DNA from: the human T2T-CHM13v2.0 reference genome, Homo sapiens
Assembly (NCBI RefSeq): GCF_009914755.1
Contig: NC_060940.1
Direction: 5' to 3' (one strand)
Length of the DNA stretch: 64,000 nt
Shown here: piece by piece, positions 15,235-37,390 of the stretch
How positions within the stretch are numbered: position 1 is the stretch's first letter
Layout of the letters: every line of letters begins with the position of its first letter
Notes under the pieces: generated by a model
Seen by the model: only the letters and a program-made list of their open reading frames with translations
Database searches by the model: none
Told to the model about the DNA's origin: nothing
Translations under genes and position numbers: made by a program

Positions 15235-15447
15235 CAAGCTTGTCCAGCCCGTGGCCCACAAGGTGCATGTGGCCCAGTATGGCTTTGAATGTGTCCCAAA
15301 ACAAATTCATAAACTTTCTTAAAACATTACGTAATTTTTTCTGCGTTTTTTTTTTTTAGCTCATCAGCTGTTGTTAGTGTATTTTATGTGTGGTCCAAGG
15401 CAATTCTTTCAACCTGGCCCAGGGAAACCAAAAGACTGGTCACCCTG
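15235..15447 (-). mobile_element. MER30 hAT DNA transposon
   Basis: CAAGCTTGTCCAGCCCGTGGCCC...GGCTTTGAATGTG...CAAATTCATAAACTTTCTTAAAACATT...AAAGACTGGTCACCCTG, about 210 bp. Confidence 0.8.
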
Positions 15448-16826
15448 TACAGAAAAAAAAAAAATGTGATCTGCTTCCTTATCAAACTTCTGTTCTAGGG
15501 CTCAAGACTCTCCGTTCAGACAGACGCTGTCATCTTTCTCCAGACCACAGTGTACCCGAGAGCCACAGAAAACTTCTGTTCCACTCTTCTCCATAGGAGC
15601 GGCTATGGGGCAGAACCTATTAACTCAGCCCAATACAGACATTTTTGTGGTTCACCTGATCTTCCAGGCAGGGATGTTGCTGCTTTCTTTAGAGAGGCCA
15701 GGCTTTGCCTTTTGCCACATATAGGTGAGTGCCGTCTGTGGTGGTGTCAGTTGGTAGGGTCAGCCTAGCCACAGACCCTGAGGTGAGTGATAAGGTGCCA
15801 GGAGTGGTGGACTGGGCTAGGCAGTCTCCCAATCTTCAGGCTTCTCGATGGTCCTCTATACAGCATGAATGAGTCCTGGAGGTCCTTGACCTGAACTGGG
15901 CCAGTGAACTTGTCCTCAGGTCTTCAGGGTGCAGGTGTTGACTGTGACATGGAGGAGCAGGCTGGTCCCTAGGTCACCAGCTTAACTCTCAGGCAGGGCC
16001 AAGCAGAGCACTCAGATGGTGGGAGCTCAAGGACAGATCATAGGCCTGTGAGGGCTGGGCTCGCAGCAAGGCCCCAGGCCATGGCTAAAATCATCACATG
16101 GAAGGAGGGCAGCTGTGCTGCTGGCCTGTTCCAGGGAAGGCAGGGCTCCCTCAGGGGGAGCAGTGGAGGCAGGCAGATGCCGGGCACATTGTCCACCCAC
16201 GTTTTTCTCCCACAGGAGCAGCAGCAATATCCTTCATTGGGGTGTGTGGCAGTGCCTGGTCACCCATTGCCTGCCTGGCCCAGCAGTGGCCGTGGCAGTG
16301 GCAGCAGTGGTGATGACAGTGGGGGCCCCAGGACAGAATGCAGACCTACGCAAGGCTGTAATCTCAGAAGAACACTGGGCAGCAGCCAAAATTCCAGGGT
16401 GCAGGCAGAGCAGCTGTGCTCCAGGGCTGTCACTGGTGAGCCTTGCCCCACTCCCTTGGTGGGTGCAGTGAAGAGTGACAGCTGTGGGCATGTGGCCCAC
16501 TCGAACATCTCCCCTGCAGAGCCAGCCATGGATTTCACTGCTAGGTGCACAGAGGTGCCCAGGCTCCATGCTTCCTTGCAAGCCTGGTGGCAGCAGTGGT
16601 AGATAATATCTATAATTCAGATAGTTTTGTGGTAGAAAAAAAAAAACTGACCTGTTTATTAGCAATTACTCTAATACAATTAAACACAATGTTCCTTATG
16701 GCCATCTGCTAAAATATCATTATTGTAAAATATTTTAAAATTTTGTTTTATCACGTAATTATTCAAACAGTTCTTAAGTATTAGAGATATATTAAAATAT
16801 CTTCAAATTTAAAAAAATAAAAATAT

Positions 16827-16975
16827 GGCCGGGCGCAGTGGCTCACGCCTGTAACGCCAGCACTTTAGGAGACCAAGGCGGGCGGATCATGAGGTTAGGA
16901 GTTCAAGACCATCTGGCCAACATAGTGAAACCCCGTCTCTACTAAAAATACAAAAAATTAGCCGGGTATGGTGGC
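16827..16975 (+). mobile_element. AluS, 3'-truncated (left arm only)
   Basis: GGCCGGGCGCAGTGGCTCACG... ends just after AAATTAGCCGGGTATGGTGG. Confidence 0.9.
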
Positions 16976-18014
16976 TAATATCCCCATATCCGCTACAGTG
17001 GACCAAGCTAAAATTATCATTCAATTCTTACCCTTATCATGTCATATGTATTACATGTAGAGATGTTTGTATATTACTACATATAATATTTTATCAAGAA
17101 TTTATTATGTTTTTCTGTGAGTGTATTAGTTCCACCAGTTATTCCACCCTTACTTGAAGACAGAAACTGAATGTTGTTCGCTTTTTGAAGTTTTAATAAA
17201 TGGGATTAGATAGTATGCATATTTTTAATCTGGTTGAATTTATGCAACATTATATTTGTGATGTTTATCCATCTCATTACATGTACATATAATTTGTTCA
17301 TTATTCAGCAATAATACATTTGGTAATATGATATAAAAATAAAAATGTCTGAAGCTATAGTTATTCTTTAACTTTTTTTTTTTTTTTTTTTTTTTGATGA
17401 GTACTGAGACCAGACAATGCACCTGAGCAATGTTACTGAAGAAAATGAGCTCACTCATTACCAAGTTTAGGACCCAGCTGCTGCTACTCTACTTTTCCAG
17501 GAATTAGGTAAGTTCAGATTTTGCTTTGGTGACTCTCATTTCTACCAATCCCAGAGCCTAGTGTCTTACTTCTACAGGTGACATGACAGTAATAAATCCA
17601 GAGGGAAATGAAATGATAGCATTTATTCTTTATACCCATGTCTCAGGGACAAAAATTCATATACACAGAATGACTCCAAGACAAACCTTGGTATCTGTTT
17701 CTTAGCTTCATTACTGATGAGTACTCAAGTCTCAGGTGGAAAGTTGGAGGAGGCAGAATTTTATCAATGAGGTCTATAATTTTTGCATGATTTTGCTCTT
17801 GTGTCTCACTGAATTATAACTAACTGGTAGGTGTTTCTACATACCATATATTATGAACACATAAACATATTTGTAAGAAAATGTGTGATTTTTTAAATGT
17901 TATACTCTAATTGCAGTTTTACTCGACTATTTCTCATTTTACAACAAATTGTTCACTTATGACATTTTTTATCTTGACACTAAATATGAACTAATTTATA
18001 ATGATTTAATCATA

Positions 18015-19725
<1,711 letters not shown>

Positions 19726-21660
19726 CCTTAATTTGGTTTTGACACAAATAAAGATCTCACATAAACATAAAATGGGATGTCTTGGCTTGTAATTTTTATT
19801 GAAAGCAATAGTATTGTTGTATAGGATAGTGTATTGGGGTAAATAGGTTTTTTATTTTTATTGTTTTCATCAGCTCACTGACATTGATCGAGGGCAGTTT
19901 TTAGGTTATTGATGAGCAGTTTTCCCTTAGGTATGCCTTAAGGTAGGGGTTTCTGGTAATGTTTGAGAGGTAGGCTGGGATTAGAGTTTGTTACGGCAGC
20001 AATATCCTTCTGAGAACCAGGGAATTCAAATCCTTCTCATGATACTTTGCTAATATCGCCCAGGTTTACTGTGCCTTTCCTTTGTGCAGCTTACCAGAGA
20101 TGGTCTCTTGCACTTGGCCCAGCTATAATATGTTCCACTGTTCTTTTTATTCCGTGCTTCTTAGCCTGGTGGCAGGGGTGAGGGAATGAGGAGATATCTG
20201 ATGTTCTGAGGAAGCCTCACACTCAGCACTGTGAACTGGGGTGTGGGGTTACCGACCTTCAAAGTTTCCTGCCCCTCCTGTAGATGCAATGCCAGAACAA
20301 GAGTACATTCCTGTCCCTCCCCCAGTGGTAGAGAGGCTCCTTGTCCACGTTCCTAGCTTCTAGTTGAAGTGTGAGTGGGTCTGCAACAGTGCCCTGTAAA
20401 CTAATGCTTTAGTTTCTTTATGGGAGATGTATCTGGGCAGAGATGTGGGTGTTGACCTTGTTTCTCCACCATCAGCTGCAGTGAGTTTTTTCACAGTTCC
20501 CTCTGGTTCAAGTTTGGATGCTCTTTCCCCGGCCTTGTGTTCTATAGCAGAGATGGGAAAGCTATGTCTCCAGAGTTGTAGCAGTGGGTGGGATAGTGGT
20601 CCCTCCCTATCAGCACCATGGGGGAAGCATTCTCAGGATTATACCCCACCCTCCCTGACAGGCCTTGTAGGGTTCCTAGAAAAATCATACACAAAGGTGT
20701 AAACTCTATGTCTGTAGACTCCAGGATTTCTCATTCCCCTTCACCCACCCACCCACCCACCCACACACAGCCACCAGGAACTAGTTCAAAAGTCCTGCTT
20801 TAATTTTGCTAGTTTCCATGGTCTTCCAGGTATACATAAAAGCCTGGGGCCTGTGTGACCTGCAGGCTCCTGCATGCCTTGATGTTGGGTTTGTTGTCTC
20901 CTCTGTGACCTCAATTCTCCAAAGGGCTCGGAACAAGCCATTCATTCATTTGCATTTTCTCCAGCTTTTTTGTTTGTTTAATGTAGGAGCAACTCTTTGT
21001 CAGGTCTCTACAGCTATAAACTTAACTCAGAGACTAATATTTCTAAATACATTTATTTCCTATCATACTTTCAGTGTTGCTCTACCTAACCTAATTGTTC
21101 TTCAGTATTTTTCTTATTTGTATGTCTTTATTTTAAAACCAGGTTTAATTCCTTCTTAAACTAATTTGTAACTTTTCTATTTTCTTCCATTTCATTTATT
21201 TCCCTCTGTGACTTTGATTCTTTTCAGACATTTAAAGCATTGATGCATAATTCCAGTGTAGGAAGTCAGATTATACACTGACATTTCTCCTTGACCACTG
21301 GTTATAACACTTCAGCCCTGATGACAGTTATACCTGAAGCCACATCCACTCTTGACATGTATTTATTTTACTATTCAATAAAAATTAAGTCATCATGAAC
21401 TGTATTTTATTAATATTTGTAGGCTTTATGGACCTGAAAATACAACAAATAAAAACCAAATTACATGACACCAGGGGTTAAAATTTTTTTGGTTGATTAA
21501 AACATTTTTGTCTTTCTGTGATTTGAGTGATCTTTGTAATAGGAACCAGAGTTGAAACTAAAGTAAGTAGGTGTTGGTGAGATTTGATGGCTAAGAACAT
21601 GGAGCTCATTTTGTAATTGAAAGGGAAATAAGAACACGTGTCACCAGTTCCATATGATCA

Positions 21661-22191
<531 letters not shown>

Positions 22192-22546
22192 TCAGGGTTT
22201 GGTTTCTCCAGTAGTGAGTGTGTTACTGAGCAAAAGGGGCTTGCAATGCACTAAAGTCAATACTATGACATTAAATTTTTCTTTTATTATTATTATTATT
22301 ATTATTATACTTCAAGTTTTAGGGTACATGTGCATAACGTGCAGGTTTGTTACATATGTATACATGTGCCATGTTGGTGTGCTGCACCCATTAACGCGTC
22401 ATTTAGCATTAGGTATATCTCCTAATGCTATCCCTCCCCTCTCCCCCCTCCCCCCACCCCACAACAGTCTCCGGTGTGTGATGTTCCCCTTCCTGTGTCC
22501 ATGTGTTCTCATTGTTCAATTCCCACCTATGAGTCAGAACATGCGG

Positions 22547-23627
22547 GCGGGCCGCGCGGTGGGCGCGGAGAGGAGCGGAGCGGCGCGGCAGGCCGGGCGG
22601 GTTGCGGCAGTAGCGGAGGAGGCCGCAGCTGCGAGTCCCAGGAGCGGAGGCGACGCGGGCGGCGGCTGGGGGCCGGGTGGCCGGGGTCCCGGGCCCCGCG
22701 GCGGCAGCGGTAGGATGATCAAGCTGTTCTCGCTGAAGCAGCAGAAGAAGGAGGAGTAGTCGGCGGGCGGCACCAAGCGCAGCAGCAAGAAGGCGTCGGC
22801 GGCGCAGCTGCGGATCCAGAAGGACATAAACGAGCTGAACCTGCCCAAGACGTGTGATATCAGCTTCTCAGATCCAGACGACCTCCTCAACTTCAAGTTG
22901 GTCATCTGTCCTGATGAGGGCTTCTACAAGAGTGGGAAGTTTGTGTTCAGTTTTAAGGTGGGCCAGGGTTACCCGCATGATCCCCCCAAGGTGAAGTGTG
23001 AGACAATGGTCTATCACCCCAACATTGAAATCGAGGGCAACGTCTGCCTCAACATCCTCAGAGAGAACTGGAAGCCAGTCCTTACGATAAACTCCATAAT
23101 TTATGGCCTGCAGTATCTCTACTTGGAGCCCAACCCCGAGGACCCACTGAACAAGAAGGCCGCAGAGGTCCTGCAGAACAACCGGCAGCTGTTGGAGCAG
23201 AACGTGCAGCCATCCATGCGGGATGGCTACATAGGCTCCACCTACTTCGAGCGCTGCCTGAAATAGGGTTGGCGCATACCCACCCCCGCCACGGCCGCAA
23301 GCCCTGGCATCCCCTGCAAATATTTATTGGGGGCCATCAGTAGGGGTTTGGGGGGCGGCCGGTGGGGGAATCCCCTGCCTTGGCCTTGCCTCCCCTTCCT
23401 GCCACGTGCCCCTAGTTATTTTTTATTAACACCATGTGATTAAGGTCAGCGCTGCCTCCCCCGACCCACTCAGCGATGGGAAATGAATTGGCTGTTCTAG
23501 CCCCCCTGCTGGGTGCTTGTTCAGCCAAAGGGCCTGGGTAGCTGGGCCCAGACAAACCACCCCTCCACCTCTGGAGGTCCCACCAGGCTATTAAAGGGGA
23601 ATGTTACTGCAAAAAAAAAAAAAAAAA
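22547..23627 (+). pseudogene. UBE2MP1: Processed UBE2M (UBC12, NEDD8 E2) pseudogene
   Basis: Intronless, with a GC-rich 5' UTR. CDS-equivalent 22715-23266 (552 nt, no frameshift) with a TAG at codon 15 (22757-22759); [21 protein letters not shown] at 23590-23595, poly(A) at 23611-23627, TSD ATGCGG at 22541-22546 / 23627-23632. Confidence 0.95.
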
Positions 23628-24624
23628 TGCGGTGTTTGGTTTTTTGTCCTTGTGATAGTTTGCTGGGAATGACGGTTTCCAGTTTCATCCATGTCCCTAC
23701 AAAGGACATGAACTCATCATTTTTATGGCTGCATAGTATTCCATGGTGTATATGTGCCACATTTTCTTAATCCAGTCTATCATTGTTGGACATTTGGGTT
23801 GGGTCCAAGTCTTTGCTATTGTGAATAGTGCCGCTATAAATATACGTGTGTAGGTGTCTTTACAGCAGCATGATTTATAATCCTTTGGGTATATACCCAG
23901 TAATGGGATGGCTGGGTCAAATGGTATTTCTAGTTCTAGATCCCTGAGGAATTGCCACACTGACTTCCACAATGGTTGAACTAGTTCACAGTCCCACCAA
24001 CAGTGTAAAAGTGTTCCTATTTCTCCACATCCTCTCCAGCACCTGTTGTTTCCTGATTTTTAATGATCGCCATTCTAACTGGTGTGAGGTGGTATCTCAT
24101 TGTGGTTTTGATTTGCATTTCTCTGATGGCCAGGGATGATGAGCATTCTTTCAAGTGGTTTTTGGCTGCATAAATGTCTTCTTTTGAGAAGTGTCTGTTC
24201 ATATCCTTCGCCCATTTTTGATGGGATTGTTTGTTTTTTTCTTGTAAATTTGTTTGAGTTCATCATAGATTGTGGATATTAGCCCTTTGTCAGATAAGTA
24301 GGTTGCAAAAATTTTCTCCCATTCTGTAGGTTGCCTGTTCATGCTGATGGTGGTTTCTTTTGCTGTGCAGAAGCTCTTTAGTTTAATTAGATCCCATTTG
24401 TCAATTTTGGCTTTTATTGCCATTGCTTTTGGTATTTTAGCCATGAAGTCCTTGACCATGCCTATGTCCTGAATGGTATTGCCTAGGTTTTCTTCTAGGA
24501 TTTTCATGGTTTTAGGTCTAACATGTAAGTCTTTAATTCATCTTGAATTAATCTTTGTATAAGGTGTAAGGAAGGGATCCAGTTTCAGCTTTCTACATAT
24601 GGCTAGCCAGTTTTCCCAGCACTA

Positions 24625-25932
<1,308 letters not shown>

Positions 25933-25935
25933 TCA

Positions 25936-26031
<96 letters not shown>

Positions 26032-26771
26032 CTAAGCTACTAATTATTGCCTCAATTTCAGATCCTGTTATTGGTCTATTCAGAGATTCAACTTCTTCCT
26101 GGTTTAGTCTTGGGAGAGTGTATGTGTCAAGGAATTTATCCAATTCTTCCAGATATTCTAGTTTATTTGCGTAGAGGTGTGTATAGTATTCTCTGATGGT
26201 AGTTTGTATTTCTGTGGGATCAGTGGTGATATCCCCTTTGTCATTTTTTATTGCATCTATTTGATTCTTCTCTCTTTTCTTCTTTATTAGGCTTGCTAGC
26301 AGTCTATCAATTTTGTTGATCTTTTCAAAAAACCAGCTCCTTTATTCATTGATTTTTGAAGGGTTGTTTGTGTCTCTATTTCCTTCCGTTCTGCTCTAAG
26401 CTTAGTTATTTCTTGCCTTCTGCTAGCTTTTGAATGTGTTTGCTCTTGCTTCCCTAGTTCTTTTAATTTTGTTGTTAGGATGTCAATTTTAGATCTTTCC
26501 CGCTTTCTCTTGTGGGCATTTAGTGCTATAAGTTTCCCTCTACACACTGCTTTGAATGTGTCCCAGAGATTCTGGTATGTTGTGTCGTTGTTCTCGCTGG
26601 TTTCAAAGAACATCTTTATTTCTGCCTTCATTTCGTTATGGACCCAGTAGTCATTCAGGAGCAGGTTTTTCAGTTTCCATGTAGTTGAACGGTTTTGAGT
26701 TTCTTAATGCTGAGTTCTAGTTTCATTGCACTGTGGTCTGAGAGACAGTTTGTTATAATTTCTGTTCTTTT

Positions 26772-32800
<6,029 letters not shown>

Positions 32801-35572
32801 TAATTTCTGTTCTTTTACATTTGATAAGGAGTGCTTTACTTCCAACTATGTGGTCAATTTTGGAACAGGTGTGGTGTGGTGCTGAAAAAAATGTAGATTC
32901 TGTTGATTTGGGGTGGAGAGTTCTGTAGATGTCTATTAGGTCCACTGGGTGCAGAGCTGAGTTCAATTCCTGGATATCCTTGTTAACTTTCTGTCTCATT
33001 GATCTGTCTAATGTTGACAGTGGGGTGTTAAAGTCTCCCATTATTATTGTGTGGGAGTCTAAGTCTCTTTGCAGGTCATTAAGGACTTGCTTTATGAATC
33101 TGGGTGCTCCTGTATTGGGTGCATATATATTTAGGATAGTTAGCTCTTCTTGTTGAATTGATCCCTTTATCATTATGTAATGGCTTTCTTTGTCTCTTTT
33201 GATCTTTGTTGGTTTAAAGTCCGTTTTATCAGAGACTAGGATTGCAACCCTTGCCTTTTCTTGTTTTCCATTTGCTTAGTAGATCTTCCTCCATCCCTTT
33301 ATTTTGAGCCTATGTGTGTCTCTGCCCTTGATATGGGTTTCCTGAATACAGCACACTGATGGGTCTTGACTCTTTATCCAATTTGCCAGTCTGTGTCTTT
33401 TAATTGGAGCATTTATACCATTTACATTTAAGGTTATTATTGTTATGTGTGAGTTTGATCCTGTCATTATGATGTTAGCTGGTTATTTTGCTCATTAGTT
33501 GATGCGGTTTCTTCCTAGCCTTGATGGTCTTTACAATTTGGCATGTTTTTGCAGGGGCTGGTAGCGGTTGTTCCTTTCCATTTTTAGTGCTTTCTTCGGG
33601 AGCTCTTTTAGGGCAGGCCTGGTGGTGACAAAATCTCTCAGCAATTGCTTGTCTGTAAAGTATTTTATTTCTCCTTCACTTATGAAGCTTAGTTTGGCTG
33701 GATATGAAATTCTGGGTTGAAAATTCTTTTCTTTAAGAATGTTGAATATTGGCCCCCACTCTCTTCTGGCTTGTAGAGTTTCTGCCGAGAGATCAGCTGT
33801 TAGTCTGATGTGCTTCCCTTTGTGGGTAACCCGACCTTTCTCTCTGGCTGCCCTTAACATTTTTTCCTTCATTTCAACTTTGGTGAATGTGACAATTATG
33901 TGTCTTGGAGTTGCTCTTCTCAAGGAGTATCTTTGTGGTGTTCTCTGTACTTCCTGAATCTGAATGTTGGCCTGTCTTACTAGATTGGGGAAGTTCTCCT
34001 GTATAATATCCTGCAGAGTGTTTTCCAACTTGGTTTCATTCTCCTGGTCACTTTCAGGTACACCAATCTGACGTCGATTTGGTCTTTTCACATAGTCCCA
34101 CATTTCTTGGAGGCTTTGTTCATTTCTTTTTATTTTTTTTCTCTAAACTTCTCCTCACGCTTAATTTCATTCATTTCATCTTCCATCGGTGATACCCTTT
34201 CTTCCAGTTGATCACATTGGTTACTGAGGCTTGTGCATTTGTCACGTAGTTCTCATGCCATGGTTTTCAACTCCATCAGGTCTTTTAAGGACTTCTCTGC
34301 ATTGTTTATTCTAGTTATACATTCGTCTAATTTTTTTTCAAAGTTTTTAACTTCTTTGCCATGGGTTCGAACTTCCTCCTTTAGCTCAGAGTAGTTTGAT
34401 CTTCTGAAGCCTTCTTCTCTCAACTCATCATTCTCCGTCCAGCTTTGTTCCATTGCTGGTGAGAAGCTGTGTTCCTTTGGAGGAGGAGAGGTGCTCTGAT
34501 TTTTAGTTTCCAGTTTTTCTGCTCTGTTTTTTCCCCATCTTTGTGGTTTTATCTACCTTTGGTCTTTGATGATGGTGACGTACAGATGGGGTTTTGGTGT
34601 GGATGTCCTTTCTGTTTGTTAGTTTTCCTTCTAACAGACAGGACCCTCAGCTGCAGGTCTGTTGGTGTTTACTGGACGTCCACTCCAGACCCTGTTTGCC
34701 TGGGTATCAGCAGTGGTGGCTGCACCACAGCCAATATTGGTGAACCGCAAATGCTGCTGCCTGATCATTCCTCTGGAAGTTTTGTCTCAGAGGAGTACCC
34801 GGCCCTGTGAGGTGTCAGTCTGCCCCTACTTGGGAGTGCCTCCCAGTTAGGCTACTCGGGGTTCAGGGACCCACTTAAGGAGGCAGTATGCCCGTTCTCA
34901 GATCTCCAGCTGCGTGCTGGGAGAACCACTACTCTCTTCAAAGCTGTCAGACAGGGACATTTAAGTCTGCAGAGGTTATTGCTGTCTTTTGTTTGTCTGT
35001 GCCCTGCCCCCAGAGGTGGAGCCTACAGAGGCAGGTAGGACTCCTTGAGCTGTGGTGGGCTCCACCCAATTCGAGCTTCCTGGCTGCTTTGTTTACCTAA
35101 GCAAGCCTGGGCAATGGCAGGCGACCTTCCCCCAGCCTCGGTGCCGCCTTGCGGTTTGATCTCAGACTGCTGTGCTAGCAATGAGTGAGGCTCCGTGGGC
35201 ATAAGGCCCTCCGAGCCAGGTGCGGGATATAATCTCCTGGTGTGCCATTTATTAACCCCTTTGGAAAAGTGCAGTATTAGGGTGGGAGTGACCCGATTTT
35301 CCAGGTGCCATCTGTCAATGCTTTCTTTGACTAGGAAACGGAATTCCCTGACCCCTTATGCTTCCCAGGTGAGGCGATGCCCCGCCCTGCTTCGGCTCAC
35401 GCACGGTGCGCTGCACCCACTGTCCTGAACCCACTCTCCAGCACTCCCCAGTGAGATGAACCCAGTACCTCAGTTGGAAATGCAGAAATCACCCGTCTTC
35501 TGCGTCGCTCCCACTGGGAGCTGTAGACTCTGAGTTTTTCTTTTTAGAAAAAAAGGCTTTTTGTTGTAATTT

Positions 35573-37390
35573 TTGTTTTGTTTTAAAATGTTTTTATTTC
35601 AATATCCTTTAGGGTACAAGTGATTTTTGTTTAAATGGATGAATTGTATAGTGGTGAATTCTGAGATTTTAGTGCACCCATCACCTGAGTAGTATACATC
35701 GTACCCAATAGGTAGTTTTTTATTTCTCATCCACCTCCCACCCTCCCCTTCTGAGTCTCCAAAGCCCATTATATCATACCATATGCCTTTGTATACTCAT
35801 AGCTTAGCTCCCATTATAAGTGAGAACATATAGTATTTGATTTTCCATTCCTGAGTTATTTTACTTAGAATAATGTCCTCCAGCTCCATTCAAGTTGCTG
35901 CAAAAACATTTTATTTCTTTCTATGGCTGAGTAGTATTCCATGTGTATGTATATCACATTTTCTTTGTCCACTCATTGGTTGATGGACATTTAGGTTGGT
36001 TCTGTATCTTTGCAATTGTAAATTGTGCTGCAATAAACATATGTGTGCATGTGTCCTTTTCATATAATGACTTCTCCTTTGAGTAGATACCCAGTAGAAG
36101 GATTGCTGGTAAATCTACTTTTAGTTCTTCATACTGTTTTTCATAGAGGTTGCACTAATTTACATTCCTACCAGCAGTGTATAAGTGTTCCTATTTCACC
36201 ACATCCACACCATGTGTTGTTTTTTGACTTCTGATAATTGCCATTCTTACAGGAGGTGCAAGGTGGCATCTCATTGTGATTTTAATTTGCATTTCCCTGA
36301 TGATTAGTGGTGTTGAGCATTTTTTCATATGTATATTGGTCATTTGTATATCTTTGGTAAAGTCTCGGGTTACAAAATCAATGTACCCTGCTGGTACATT
36401 GTACCAACACCAAGCTGAGAATCAAATCAAGAACTCAATCCCTTTTACAATAGCTGCAATAACATAAAATAACTAGGATTATACTTAACCAAGGAGGCAA
36501 AATATCTCTACAAGGAGAACTACAAAACACTGCTGAAAGAAACCATATGTGGGACAGACAAATGGAAATACATCTCATGCTCATGGATTGGAAGAATCAA
36601 TATTGTGAAAGTGACTATTCTGCCCAAAGCAATCTGTGGATTCAGTGCAATTCCCATAAAAATACCAATATCACTTTTCGCAGAATTAGAAACCAAAATT
36701 TTAAAATTCATATTGAGCCAGAAAAGAGCCTGAATAGCCAAAGTAATTCTAAGCAAAAAGAACAAATCTGGAGGCATCACATCACTGCAATTCAAATTAT
36801 ACTACAAGTCTGTAGTTACCAAAACAGCATGGCACTAGTATAAAACTAGGCACAAAGGCCAATGAAACAGAATCAAGAAACCAGAAATAAGCCAAATACT
36901 TACAATTAACTAATATTTGATGAAGCATACATGAATATGAATTGGAGAAAGAAGACTCTTTTTAATAAATGGTGCCAGGAAACTAGCTAGCCACATGTAG
37001 AAGAATGAAGCTGGATTATTATCTCTCACCTTATACTCAAATCAACTCAAGATAGATCAAGGACTGAAATCTAAGACCTGAAATCATAAACATTCTAGAA
37101 GATGACTGAGGTGGGGGGTGGGGGGCTCTTCTGAACATTAGACTAGACAAAGAATTCTTGACTAAGAGCCTGAAAGCAAATGCAGATAAATAAATAAAAC
37201 CTTATTTAAAAGCTTCTGCATAGCAAAAAAAAAATCAGAGTAAACAGAAAACCCATAGAATGGAAGAAAATATTTGCAAACTATGCATCCGACAAAGCAC
37301 TAGTACCCAGAATCTATGAGGAAGTAAAGCAAATTAGCAGAAAAAAATAACTCCATCAAAAAGTGGGCAAATGACAGAAATACATATTTC
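35573..37390 (-). mobile_element. Older L1 (L1PB/L1MA-like), 5'-truncated with 5' inversion
   Basis: 35590-36355 is a minus-strand 3' end and 36356-37390 is plus-strand ORF2. TSD-like TGTTGTAATTT (35562-35572) / TGTTGTTATTT (37391-37401). Confidence 0.85.
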
